Below are positions 28,301 to 43,200 of a stretch of 64,000 bases of DNA, one piece after another. Positions within the stretch are counted from its first letter, which is position 1. Each line of letters starts with the position of its first letter. The notes below the pieces were generated by a model. The model did not search any database. It worked only from the letters and a program-made list of their open reading frames with translations, and was not told where the DNA came from. Source of the DNA: Octopus vulgaris. Lineage: Eukaryota. Where the stretch lies: the NCBI GenBank assembly GCA_951406725.2, contig OX597840.1, positions 15,810,001 to 15,874,000 on the forward strand, read 5' to 3'. The position numbers and the translations under genes are program-made.

Positions 28301-31300
28301 ATCACTAAATTTTTTGTTGTTTTTCAAGTACACATATGCAATATTTTGACATTTTATAACCTGAAAACTTTTGAGATTTAGTGTTCTCTTGGATAAGCTT
28401 TTTATCAATCAGTTAACTTATATTTATCTAAGAGATCACTAAATTTTTTGTTGTTTTTCAAGTACACATATGCAATATTTTGACATTTTATAACCTGAAA
28501 ACTTTTGAGATTTTAGTGATTCTCTTGGATAAATATAAGCTTTTTATCAATCAGTTAAATTATATGTAGCTAAGAGATCACTAAATTTTTTGTTGTTTTT
28601 CAAGTTCACATATGCAATATTTTGACATTTTATAACCTGAAAACTTTTGAGATTTTAGTGTTCTCTTGGATAAATATAAGCTTTTTATCAATCAGTTAAC
28701 TTATATTTAGCTAAGAGATCACTAAATTTTTTGTTGTTTTTCAAGTACACATATGCAATATTTTGACATTTTATAACCTGAAAACTTTTGAGATTTTAGT
28801 GATCTCTTGGATAAATATAAGCTTTTTATCAATCAGTAAACTTATATTTAGCTAAGAGCTCACAAAATTTTTTGTTGTTTTTCAAGTACACATATGCAAT
28901 ATTTTGACATTTTCTAACCTGAAAACTTTTGCGATTTTAGTGATCTCCTGGATAAATATAAGCTTTTTATCAATCAGTTAACTTATATTTAGTTAAGAGA
29001 TCACTAAATTTTTTAATGTTTTTCAAGTACACATATGCAATATTTTGACATTTTATAACCTGAAAACTTTTGAGATTTTAGTGATCTCTTGGATAAATAT
29101 AAGCTTTTTATCAATCAGTTAACTTATATTTAGCTAAGAGGTCACTAAATTTTTTGTTGTTTTTCAAGTACACATATGCAATATTTTGACATTTTCTAAC
29201 CTGAAATCTTTTGAGATTTTAGTGTTCTCTTGGAGAAATATAAGCTTTTTATCAATCAATAAACATATATTTAGCTAAGAGATCACTAAATTTTTTGTTG
29301 TTTTTCAAGTACACATATGCAGTATTTTGACATTTTCTAACCTGAAAACTTTTGAGATTTTAGTGTTCTCTTGGATAAATATAAGCTTTTTATCAATCAG
29401 TTAACATATATTTAGCTAATAGATCACAAAATTTTTTGTTGTTTTTCAAGTACACATATGAAATATTTTGACATTTTCTAACCTGAAATCTTTTGTGTTC
29501 TTAGTGTTCTCTTGGATAAATATAAGCTTTTTATCAATCAATAAACATATATTTAGCTAAGAGATCACCAAATTTTTTGTTGTTTTTCAAGTACACATAT
29601 GCAGTATTTTGACATTTTCTAACCTGAAAACTTTTGAGATTTTAGTGATCTCTTGGATAAATATAAGCTTTTTATCAATCAGTTAACTTATATTTAGCTA
29701 AGAGATCACTAAATTTTTTGTTGTTTTTCAAGTACACATATGCAATATTTTGACATTTTATAACCTGAAAACTTTTGAGATTTTAGTGATTCTCTTGGAT
29801 AAATATAAGCTTTTTATCAATCAGTTAACTTATATGTAGCTAAGAGATCACTAAATTTTTTGTTGTTTTTCAAGTACACATATGCAATATTTTGACATTT
29901 TATAACCTGAAAACATTTAGTGATTCTCTTGATAAATATAAGCTTTTTATCAATCAGTTAACTTATATTTAGCTAAGAGATCACTAAATTTTTTGTTGTT
30001 TTTCAAGTACACATATGCAATATTTTGACATTTTTAACCTGAAAACTTTTGAGATTTTAGTGATCTCTTGGATAAATATAAGCTTTTTATCAATCAGTTA
30101 ACTTATATTTAGCTAAGAGATCACTAAATTTTTTGTTGTTTTTCAAGTACACATATGCAATATTTTGACATTTTATAACCTGAAAACTTTTGGATTTAGT
30201 GATTCTCTTGGATAAATATAAGCTTTTTATCAATCAGTTAACTTATATTTAGCTAAGAGATCACTAAATTTTTTGTTGTTTTTCAAGTACACATATGCAA
30301 TATTTTGACATTTTATAACCTGAAAACTTTTGCGATTTTAGTGATCTCTTGGATAAATATAAGCTTTTTATCAACCAGTTAACTTATATTTAGCTAAGAG
30401 ATCACTAAATATTTTGTTGTTTTTCAAGTACACATATGCAATATTTTGACATTTTCTAACCTGAAAACTTTTGAGATTTTACTGTTTTCTTGGATAAATA
30501 TTAGCTTTTTATCAATAAGTTTACTTATATTTTGCTGAGAGATCACTAAATTTTTTGTTGTTTTTGAAGTACACATATGCAATATTTTGACTTTTTCTAA
30601 CCTGAAAACTTTTTAGATTTTAGTGTTCTCTTGGCTAAATATAAGCTTTTTATCCATCAGTTAACATATTTAGCTAAGAGATCACTAAATTTTTTGTTGT
30701 TTTTCAAGTACGCATATGCAATATTTTGACATTTTCTAACCTGAAAACTTTTGGATTTTAGTGATTTCTCTTGGATAAATATAAGCTTTTTATCAATCAG
30801 TTAACTTATATTTAGCTAAGAGATCACTAAATTTTTTGTTGTTTTTCAAGTACACATATGCAATATTTTGACATTTTATAACCTGAAAACTTTTGAGATT
30901 TTAGTGATCTCTTGGATAAATATAAGCTTTTTATCAATCAGTTAACTTATATTTAGCTAATAGATCACTAAATTTTTTGTTGTTTTTCAAGTACACATAT
31001 GCAATATTTTGACATTTTCTAACCTGAAAACTTTTGAGATTTTACTGTTTTCTTTGATAAATATAAGCTTTTTATCAATCAGTTAAATTATATTTAGCTA
31101 AGAGATCACTAAATTTTTTGTTGTTTTTCAAGTACACATATGCAATATTTTGACATTTTATAACCTGAAAACTTTTGAGATTTTAGTGTTCTCTTGGATA
31201 AATATAAGCTTTTTATCAATCAGTTAACTTATATTTAGCTAAGAGATCACTAAATTTTTTGTTGTTTTTCAAGTACACATATGCAATATTTTGACATTTT

Positions 31301-34300
31301 ATAACCTGAAAACTTTTGAGATTTTAGTGATTCTCTTGGATAAATATAAGCTTTTTATCAATCAGTTAACTTATATTTAGCTAAGAGATCACTAAATTTT
31401 TTGTTGTTTTTCAAGTACACATATGCAATATTTTGACATTTTATAACCTGAAAACTTTTGAGATTTTAGTGATCTCTTGGATAAATATAAGCTTTTTATC
31501 AATCAGTTAACTTATATTTGGCTGAGATCACTAAATTTTTTGTTGTTTTTCAAGTACACATATGCTGTATTTTGACATTTTCTAACCTGAAAACTTTTGA
31601 GATTTTTGAGATTAGTCAATCAGTTAACTTATATTTAGCTAAGAGATCACTAAATTTTTTGTTGTTTTTCAAGTACACATATGCAATATTTTGACATTTT
31701 ATAACCTGAAAACTTTTAGATTTTAGTGATTCTCTTGGATAAATATAAGCTTTTTATCAATCAGTTAACTTATATTTATCTAATAGATCGCTAAATTATT
31801 TGCTGTTTTTCAAGTACACATATATTTAGATCACTAAATTTTTTTTTGTTTTTGAAGTACGCATATGCAATATTTTGCCATTTTATAACCTGAAAACTTT
31901 TGGATTTTAGTGATTCTCTTGATAAATATAAGCTTTTTATCAATCAGTTAACTTATATTTAGCTAAGAGATCACTAAATTTTTTGTTGTTTTTCAAGTAC
32001 ACATATGCAATATTTTGACATTTTATAACCTGAAAACTTTTGAGATTTTAGTGATTCTCTTGGATAAATATAAGCTTTTTATCAATCAGTTAACTTATAT
32101 TTAGCTAAGAGATCACTAAATTTTTTGTTGTTTTTCAAGTACACCTATGCAATATTTTGACATTTTCTAACCTGAAAACTTTTGAGTTTTTATTGATCTC
32201 TTGGATAAATGTAAGCTTTTTATCAATCAGTTAACTTATATTTAGCTAATTGATCACTAAATTTTTTGTTGTTTTTCAAGTACACATATATTTAGATCAC
32301 TAAATTTTTTGTTGTTTTTCAAGTACGCATATGCAATATTTTGACATTTTCTAACCTGACAACTTTTGAGATTTTTGTGTTCTCTTGGATAAATATAAGC
32401 TTTTTATCAATCAGTTAACTTATATTTAGCTAAGAGCTCACAAAATATTTTGTTGTTTTTCAAGTACACATATGCAATATTTTGACATTTTCTAACCTGA
32501 AAACTTTTGAGATTTTAGTGTTCTCATGGATAAATATAAGCTTTTCATCAATCAGTTAACTTATATTTAGCTAAGAGATGACTAAATTTTTTATTGTTTT
32601 TCAAGTACACATATGCAATATTTTGACATTTTCTAACCTGAAAACTTTTGAGATTTTAGTGATCTCTTGGATAAATATAAGCTTTTTATCAATCAGTTAA
32701 CTTATATTTAGCAAAGAGATCACTAAATTTTTTGTTGTTTTTCAAGTACACATATGCAATATTTTGACATTTTCTAACCTGAAAACTTTTGAGATTTTAG
32801 TGTTCTCTTGGATAAATATAGGCTTTTTATCAATCAGTTAACTTATATTAAGCTAACAGATCACTAAAGTTTTTATTTTTCAAGTACACATATGCAATAT
32901 TTTGACATTTTCTAACCTGAAAACTTTTGAGATTTTAGTGTTCTCTTGGATAAATATAAGCTTTTTATCAATCAGTTAACTTATATTTAGCTAAGAGATG
33001 ACTAAATTTTTTATTGTTTTTCAAGTACACATATGCAATATTTTGACATTTTCTAACCTGAAAACTTTTGAGTTCTTAGCGTTCTCTTGGATAAATATAA
33101 GCTTTTTATCAATCAATAAACATATATTTAGCTAAGAGATCACCAAATTTTTTGTTGTTTTTCAAGTACACATATGCAGTATTTTGACATTTTCTAACCT
33201 GAAAACTTTTGAGATTTTAGTGTTCTCTTGGATAAATATAAGCTTTTTATCAATCAGTAAACATATTTAGCTAAGAGCTCACAAAATTTTTTGTTGTTTT
33301 TCAAGTACACATATGCAATATTTTGACATTTTCTAACCTGAAATCTTTTGTGTTCTTAGCATTCTCTTGGATAAATATAAGCTTTTTATCAATCAATAAA
33401 CATATATTTAGCAAAGAGATCACAAAATTTTTTGTTGTTTTTCAAGTACACATATGCAGTATTTTGACATTTTCTAACCTGAAAACTTTTGAGATTTTAG
33501 TGTTCTCTTGGATAAATATAGGCTTTTTATCAATCAGTTAACTTATATTTAGCTAAGAGCCCACAAAATTTTTTGTTGTTTTTCAAGTACACATATGCAA
33601 TAATTTGACATTTTCTAACATGAAAACTTTTGAGATTTTAGTGTTCTCTTGGATAAATATAAGCTTTTTATCAATCATTTAACTTATATGTAGCTAAGAG
33701 ATCACTAAATTTTTTGTTGTTTTTCAAGTACACATGTTCTCTTGGATAAATATAAGCTTTTTATCAATCAGTTAACTTATATTTAGCTGAGATCACTAAA
33801 TTTTTTGTTGTTTTTCAAGTACAAATATGCTGTATTTTGACATTTTCTAACCTGAAAACTTTTGAGATTTTAGTGTTCTCTCGGATAAATATAAGCTTTT
33901 TATCAATCAGTTAACTTATATTTAGCTAAGAGATCACTAAATTTTTTGTTGTTTTTCAAGTACACATATGCAATATTTTGCCATTTTCTAACCTGAAAAC
34001 TTTTGGGATATTAGTGTTCTCTTGGATAAATATAAGCTTTTTATCAATAAGTTTACTTATATTTTGCTGAGAGATCACTAAATTTTTTGTTGTTTTTGAA
34101 GTACACATATGCAATATTTTGACATTTTCTAACCTGAAAACTTTTGAGATTTTAATTTTCTCTTGGATAAATATAAGCTTTTTATCAATAAGTTAACTTA
34201 TATTTAGCTAAGAGATCACTAAATTTTTTGTTGTTTTTCAAGTACACATATGCTGTATTTTGACATTTTCTAACCTGAAAACTTCTGAGATTTTTGTGTT

Positions 34301-37208
34301 CTCTTGGCTAAATATAAGCTTTTTATCCATCAGTTAACATATTTAGCTAAGAGATCACTAAATTTTTTGTTTTTCAAGTACGCATATGCAATATTTTGAC
34401 ATTTTCTAACCTGAAAACTTTTGGGATTTTAGTTTTCTCTTGGATAAATATAAGCTTTTTATCAATCAATAAACTTATATTTAGCTAAGAGATCACTAAA
34501 TTTTTTGTTGTTTTTCAAGTACACATATGCTGTATTTTGACATTTTCTAACCTGAAAACTTTTGAGATTTTAGTGTTCTCTTGGATAAATATAAGCTTTT
34601 TATCAATCAGTTAACTTATATTTATCTAATAGATCACTAAATTTTTTGTTGTTTTTCAAGTACACATATGCAATATTTTGACATTTTCTAACATGAAAAC
34701 TTTTGAGATTTTAGTATTCTCTTGGATAAATAAAAGCTTTTTATCAATCAGTTAAATTATATGTAGCTAAGAGATCACTAAATTTTTTGTTGTTTTTCAA
34801 GTTCACATATGCAATATTTTGACAATTTCTAACCTTAAAACTTTTGAGATTTTAGTGTTCTCTTGGATAAATATAAGCTTTTTATCAATCAGTTAACTTA
34901 TATTTAGCTAATTGATCACTAAATTTTTTGTTGTTTTTCAAGTACACATATATTTAGATCACTAAATTTTTTGTTGTTTTTCAAGTACGCATATGCAATA
35001 TTTTGACATTTTGTAAACTGAAAACTTTTGGGATTTTACTGTTCTCTTGGAGAAATATAAGCTTTTTATCAATCAATAAACTTATATTTAGCTAAGAGAT
35101 CACTAAATTTTTTGTTGTTTTTCAAGTACACATATGCTGTATTTTAACATTTTCTAACCTGAAAACTTTTGAGATTTTAGTGTTCTCTTGGATAAATATA
35201 AGCTTTTTATCAATCAGTTAACTTATATTTAGCTGAGATCACTAAATTTTCTGTTGTTTTTCAAGTACACATATGCAGTATTTTGACATTTTCTAACCTG
35301 AAAACTTTTGAGATTTTAGTGTTCTCATGGATAAATATATGTTATTAATCAATCAGTTAACTTAGCTAATAGATCACTAAATTTTTTGTTGTTTTTCAAG
35401 TACACATATGCAATATTTTGACTTTTCTAACCTGAAATGTTTTAGATTTTTGTGTTCTCTTGGCTAAATATAAGCTTTCTATCAATAAGTTAACTTATAT
35501 TTATCTAATAGATCGCTAAATTTTTTGCTGTTTTTCAAGTACACATATATTTAGATCACTAAATTTTTTTTTGTTTTTGAAGTACCATATGCAATATTTT
35601 GACATTTTATAACCTGAAAACTTTTGGATTTTAGTGATCTCTTTGATAAATATAAGCTTTTTATCAATCAGTTAACTTATATTTAGCTAAGAGATCACTA
35701 AATTTTTTGTTGTTTTTCAAGTACACATATGCAATATTTTGACATTTTATAACCTGAAAACTTTTGAGATTTTAGTGATTCTCTTGGATAAATATAAGCT
35801 TTTTATCAATCAGTTAACTTATATTTAGCTAAGAGATCACTAAATTTTTTGTTGTTTTTCAAGTACACATATGCAATATTTTGACATTTTATAACCTGAA
35901 AACTTTTGAGATTTTAGTGATCTCTTGGATAAATATAAGCTTTTTATCAATCAGTTAACTTATATTTAGCTAGAGATCACTAAATTTTTGTTGTTTTTCA
36001 AGAGATCACTAAATTTTTTGTTGTTTTTCAAGTACACATATGCAATATTTTGACATTTTCTAACCTGAAAACTTTTGAGATTTTAGTGTTCTCTTGGATA
36101 AATATAAGCTTTTTATCAATCAGTTAACTTATATTTAGCTAAGAGCTCACAAAATTTTTTGTTGTTTTTCAAGTACACATATGCAATATTTTGACATTTT
36201 CTAACCTGAAAACTTTTGAGATTTTAGTGTTCTCTTGGATAAATATAATCTTTTTATCAATCAGTTAACTTATATGTAGCTAAGAGATCACTAAATTTTT
36301 TGTTGTTTTTCAAGTACGCATATGCAATATTTTGACATTTTCTAACCTGAAAACTTTTGAGATTTTAGTGTTCTCTTGGATAAATATAATCTTTTTATCA
36401 ATCAGTTAAATTATATTTAGCTAAGAGATCACTAAATTTTTTGTTCTTTTTCAAGTACGCATATGCAATATTTTGACATTTTGTAAACTGAAAACTTTTG
36501 GGATTTTAGTGTTCTCTTGGAGAAATATAAGCTTTTTATCAATCAGTTAACTTATATTTAGCTAATAGATCACTAAATTTTTTGTTGTTTTTCAAGTACA
36601 CATATGCAATATTTTGACTTTTCTAACCTGAAATGTTTTAGATTTTTGTGTTCTCTTGGCTAAATATAAGCTTTTTATCCATCAGTTAACATATTTAGCT
36701 AAGAGATCACTAAATTTTTTGTTGTTTTTCAAGTACGCATATGCAATATTTTGACATTTTCTAACCTGAAAACTTTTGGGATTTTAGTGTTCTCTTGGAT
36801 AAATATAAGCTTTTTATCAATCAATAAACTTATATTTAGCTAAGAGATCACTAAATTTTTCTAACCTGAAAACCTTTGAGATTTTAGTGTTCTCTTGGAT
36901 AAATATAAGCTTTTTATCAATCAATAAACTTATATTTAGCTAAGAGATCACTAAATTTAATATTTTGACATTTTCTAACCTGAAAACTTTTGAGATTTTA
37001 GTGTTCTCTTGGATAAATATAAGCTTTTTATCAATCAGTTAACATATATTTTGCTAGGAGCTCACAAAATTTTTTGTTGTTTTTCAAGTACACATATGCA
37101 ATATTTTGACATTTTCTAACCTGAAAACTTTTGAGATTTTAGTCTTCTCTTGGATAAATATAAGCTTTTTATCAATTAATAAACATATTTAGCTAAGAGA
37201 TCACTAAA
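19344..37208. repeat. Satellite array, 141-bp monomer (roughly 125-130 copies)
   Basis: GCTAAGAGATCACTAAATTTTTTGTTGTTTTTCAAGTACACATATGCAATATTTTGACATTTTmTAACCTGAAAACTTTTGAGATTTTAGTGwTCTCTTGGATAAATATAAGCTTTTTATCAATCAGTTAACTTATATTTA. Period check: 24462 to 24603. Confidence 0.98.
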
Positions 37209-40200
37209 ATCACAAAAGTTGCAAATAAGCATAAAAAAGTAAAAAACACAAATGTGATTTTAGGTTTACTGATTATCTTTATCCAAGACATCACAACAAC
37301 ATCTTATTTGTTCTTAGAAGACAAAGTGTCAAAATATTGCAAATAAGTACTAAAAATCAACAAATTTGAATTAGCAATTTTGTTCATTTTTTATGCTTAT
37401 TTGCAACATTTTGACACATTTCGTTATCTGAAATCTTTTGATATTTTAATGATCTCTTCGATAACTATAATCTTATTATCAGTCAGTTAACTTATGTTTA
37501 CCAAAGAGATCACTAAAATCACAAAAGATGCAAATAAGCATAAAAAAGTAAAAAACACAAATGTGATTTTAGATTTACTGATTATCTTTATCGAAGACAT
37601 CACTACAACATCAAAACTTTTCAAAAAACAAAATGTCAAAATATTGCAACCAAGTACTAAAAAAGAAGAAATTTAAATTAGCAATTTTATTCACTTCTTT
37701 ATGCTTATTTGCAATATTTTGACATATTTTGTTTTCTGAAAAAAACAACAAATGCGAATTAGAATTTTTGATCTCTTTTTTATGCTTATTTTGCAATATT
37801 TCGACACATTTTGTTCTCCAAAAACTTTTGTGGTTTCAGTGATAACTATGGTCAATATTAGTAAACTGACTGATAATAAGATTATATTTATCCAAAAAAT
37901 CACTACATTATCAGAAGTTTTCTGATAACAAAATGTGACAAAATATTGCAAATAACCGTAAGAAAGTGAACAAAATTGTTAATTCAAATTTGTTTGTTCG
38001 CAGAAAACATATTTGTTCTCAGAAAACAAAGTGTTAAAATATTGCAAATAAGTACTAAAAATCAACAAATTTGAATTAGCAATTCTGTTAATTTTTTATG
38101 CTTATTTGCAACATTTTGACAAATTTCGTTATCTGAAAACTTTTGATATTTTAATGATCTCTTCGATAACTATAATCTTATTATCAGTCAGTTAACTTAT
38201 ATTTACCAAAGAGATCACTAAAATCACAAAAGTTGCAAATAAGCATAAAAAAGTAAAAAACACAAATGTGATTTTAGGTTTACTTATTATCTTTATCCAA
38301 GACATCACAACAACATCAAAACTTTTCAAAAAACAAAATGTCAAAATATTGCAACAAAGTACTAAAAAAGAAGAAATTTAAATTAGCAATTTTATTCACT
38401 TCTTTATGCTTATTTGCAATATTTTGATGTATTTTGATTTCTGAAAAAGCAACAAATGCGAATTAGAATTTTTGATCTCATTTTTATGCTTATTTTGCAA
38501 TATTTTGACACACTTTGTTCTCCAAAATCTTTTGTGGTTTCAGTGATCTCTTTGGTAAATATTAGTAAACTGACTGATAATAAGATTATATTTATCCAAA
38601 AAATCACTACATCATCAGATGTTTTCTGATAACAAAATGTGACAAAATATTGCAAATAACCGTCAGAAAGTGAACAAAATTCTTAATTCAAATTTGTTTT
38701 TTCTCAGAAAACAAAGTGTCAAAATATTGCAAATAAGTACTGAAAATCAACAAATTTGAATTAGCAAATTTGTTCATTTTTTATGCTTATTTGCAACATT
38801 TTGACACATTTCGTTATCTGAAATCTTTTGATATTTTAATGATCTCTTCGATAACTATAATCTTATTATCAGTCAGTTAACTTATATTTACCAAAGAGAT
38901 CACTAAAATCACAAAAGTTGCAAATAAGCATAAAAAGTAAAAAACACAAATGTGATTTTAGGTTTACTGATTATCTATATCGAAGACATCACTACAACAT
39001 CAAAACTTTTCAAAAAACAAAATGTCAAAATATTGCAACCAAGTACTCAAAAAGAAGAAATTTAAATTAGCAATTTTATTCACTTCTTTATGCTTATTTG
39101 CAATATTTTGACATATTTTGTTTTCTGAAAAAACATCAAATGCGAATTAGAATTTTTGATCTCTTTTTATGCTTATTTTGCAATATTTCGACACATTTTG
39201 TTCTCCAAAAACTTTTGTGGTTTCAGTGATAACTATGGTCAATATTAGTAAACTGACTGATAATAAGATTATATTTATCCAAAAATCACTACATTATCAG
39301 AAGTTTTCTGATAACAAAATGTGACAAAATATTGCAAATAACCGTAAGAAAGTGAACAAAATTGTTAATTCAAATTTGTTTGTTCTCAGAAAACATATTT
39401 GTTCTCAGAAAACATATTTGTTCTCAGAAAACAAAGCGTCAAAATATTGCAAATAAGTACTAAAAATCAACAAATTTGAATTAGCCATTTTGTTCATTTT
39501 TTATGCTTATTTGCAACATTTTGACACATTTCGTTATCTGAAAACTTTTGATATTTTAGTGATCTCTTAGATAACTATAATCTTATTATCAGTCAGTTAA
39601 CTTATATTTACCAAAGAGATCACTAAAATCACAAAAGTTGCAAATAAGCATAAAAAAGTAAAAAACACAAATGTGATTTTAGGTTTACTGATTATCTTTA
39701 TCCAAGACATCACAACATCAAAACTTTTCAAAAAACAAAATGTCAAAATATTGCAACCAAGTACTAATAAAGAAGAAATTTAAATTAGCAATTTTATTCA
39801 CTTCTTTATGCTTATTTGCAATATTTTGACGTATTTTGATTTCTGAAAAAGCAACAAATGCGAATTAGAATTTTTGATCTCATTTTTATGCTTATTTTGC
39901 AATATTTTGACACATTTTGTTCTCCAAAATATTTTGTGGTTTCAGTGATCTCTTTGGTAAATATTAGTAAACTGACTGATAATAAGATTATATTTATCTA
40001 AAAAATCACTACATTATCATAAGATTTCTGATAACAAAATGTGACAAAATAATGCAAATAACCGTAAGAAAGTGAACAAAATTGTTAATTCAAATTTGTT
40101 TGTTCTCAGAAAACATATTTGTTCGCAGAAAACAAAGTGTCAAAATATTGCAAATAAGTACTAAAAATCAACAAATTTGAATTAGCCATTTTGTTCATTT

Positions 40201-43200
40201 TTTATGCTTATTTGCAACATTTTGACACATTTCGTTATCTGAAAACTTTTGATATTTTAATGATCTCTTCGATAACTATAATCTTATTATCAGTCAGTTA
40301 ACTTATATTTACCAAAGAGATCACTAAAATATTAGTATACTGACTGATAATAAGATTATATTTATCCAAAAAATCGCTACATTATCAGAAGTTCTCTGAT
40401 AACAAAATGTGACAAAATATTGCAAATAACCGTAAGAAAGTGAACAAAATTGTTAATTTAAATTTGTTTGTTCTCAGAAAACATATTTGTTCTCAGAAAA
40501 CAAAGTGTCAAAATATTGCAAATAAGTACTAAAAATCAACAAATTTGAATTAGCCATTTTGTTCATTTTTTATGCTTATTTGCAACATTTTGACACATTT
40601 CGTTATCTGAAAACTTTTGATATTTTAATGATCTCTTCGATAACTATAATCTTATAATCAGTTAGTTAACTTATATTTACCAAAGAGATCACTAAAATAT
40701 TAGTATACTGACTGATAATAAGATTATATTTATCCAAAAAATCGCTACATTATCAGAAGTTTTCTGATAACAAAATGTGACAAAATATTGCAAATAACCG
40801 TAAGAAAGTGAACAAAATTCTTAATTCAAATTTGTTTTTTCTCAGAAAACAAAGTGTCAAAATATTGCAAATAAGTACTAAAAATCAACAAATTTGAATT
40901 AGCAATGTTAATTTTTATGCTTATTTGCAACATTTTGACAAATTTCGTTATCTGAAAACTTTTGATATTTTAATGATCTCTTCGATAACTATAATCTTAT
41001 TATCAGTCAGTTAACTTATATTTACCAAAGAGATCACTAAAATCATAAAAGTTGCAAATAAGCATAAAAAAGTAAAAAACACAAATGTGATTTTAGGTTT
41101 ACTGATTATCTTTATCCTAGACATCACAACAACATCAAAACTTTTCAAAAAACAAAATGTCAAAATATTGCAACCAAGTACTAAAAAAGAAGAAATTTTA
41201 ATTAGCAATTTTATTCACTTCTTTATGCTTATTTGCAATATTTTGACGTATTTTGATTTCTGAAAAAGCAACAAATGCGAATTAGAATTTTTGATCTCAT
41301 TTTTATTCTTATTTTGCAATATTTTCACACATTTTGTTCTCCAAAAACTTTTGTGGTTTCAGTGATCTCTTTGGTAAATATTAGTAAACTGACTGATAAT
41401 AAGATTATATTTATCCAAAAAATCACTACATCATCAGATGTTTTCTGATAACAAAATGTGACAAAATATTGCAAATAACCGTCAGAAAGTGAACAAAATT
41501 GTTAATTCAAATTTGTTTTTTCTCAGAAAACAAAGTGTCAAAATATTGCAAATAAGTACTAAAAATCAACAAATTTGAATTAGCCATTTTGTTCATTTTT
41601 TATGCTTATTTGCAACATTTTGACACATTTCGTTATCTGAAATCTTTTGATATTTTAATGATCTCTTCGATAACTATCATCTTATTATCAGTCAGTTAAC
41701 TTATGTTCACCAAAGAGATCACTAAAATCACAAAAGATGCAAATAAGCATAAAAAAGTAAAAAACACAAATGTGATTTTAGGTTTACTGATTATCTTTAT
41801 CCAAGACATCACTACAACATCAAAACTTTTCAAAAACAAAATGTCAAAATATTGCAACCAAGTACTAAAAAAGAAGAAATTTAAATTAGTAATTTTATTC
41901 ACTTCTTTATGCTTATTTGCAATATTTTGACATATTTTGTTTTCTGAAAAAAAAACAACAAATTGAATTAGAATTTTTGATCTCTTTTTTATATGTTTTG
42001 CAATATTTTGACACATTTTGTTCTCCAAAATCTTTTGTGGTCTCAGTGATATCTTTGGTAAATATTAGTAAACTGACTGATAATAAGATTATATCTATCT
42101 AAAAAATCACTACATTATCAGAAGATTTCTGATAACAAAATGTGACAAAATATTGCAAATAACCGTAAGAAAGTGAACAAAATTGTTAATTCAAATTTGT
42201 TTGTTCTCAGAAAACATTTGTTCTCAGAAAACAAAGTGTTAAAATATTGCAAATAAGTACTAAAAATCAACAAATTTGAATTAGCAATTCTGTTAATTTT
42301 TTATGCTTTTTTGCAACATTTTGACAAATTTCGTTATCTGAAAACTTTTGATATTTTAATGATCTCTTCGATAACTATAATCTTATTATCAGTCAGTTAA
42401 CTTATATTTACCAAAGAGATCACTAAAATCACAAAAGTTGCAAATAAGCATAAAAAAGTAAAAAACACAAATGTGATTTTAGGTTTACTGATTATCTTTA
42501 TCCAAGACATCACAACAACATCAAAACTTTTCAAAAAACAAAATGTCAAAATATTGCAAATAAGTACTAAAAACAAGAAATTTAAATTAGCAATTTTATT
42601 CACTTCTTTATGCTTATTTGCAATATTTTGAGGTATTTTGATTTCTGAAAAAGCAACAAATGCGAATTAGAATTTTTGATCTCATTTTTATGCTTATTTT
42701 GCAATATTTTGACACATTTTGTTCTCCAAAATCTTTTGTGGTTTCAGTGATCTCTTTGGTAAATATTAGTAAACTGACTGATGATAAGATTATATTTATC
42801 CAAAATATCACTACATCATCAGATGTTTTCTGATAACAAAATGTGACAAAATATTGCAAATAACCGTCAGAAAGTGAACAAAATTCTTAATTCAAATTTG
42901 TTTTTTCTCAGAAAACAAAGTGTCAAAATATTGCAAATAAGTACTGAAAATCAACAAATTTGAATTAGCAATTTTGTTCATTTTTTATGCTTATTTGCAA
43001 CATTTTGACACATTTCGTTATCTGAAATCTTTTGATATTTTAATGATCTCTTCGATAACTATAATCTTATTATCAGTCAGTTAACTTATATTTACCAAAG
43101 AGATCACTAAAATCACAAAAGTTGCAAATAAGCATAAAAAGTAAAAAACACAAATGTGATTTTAGGTTTACTGATTATCTATATCGAAGACATCACTACA

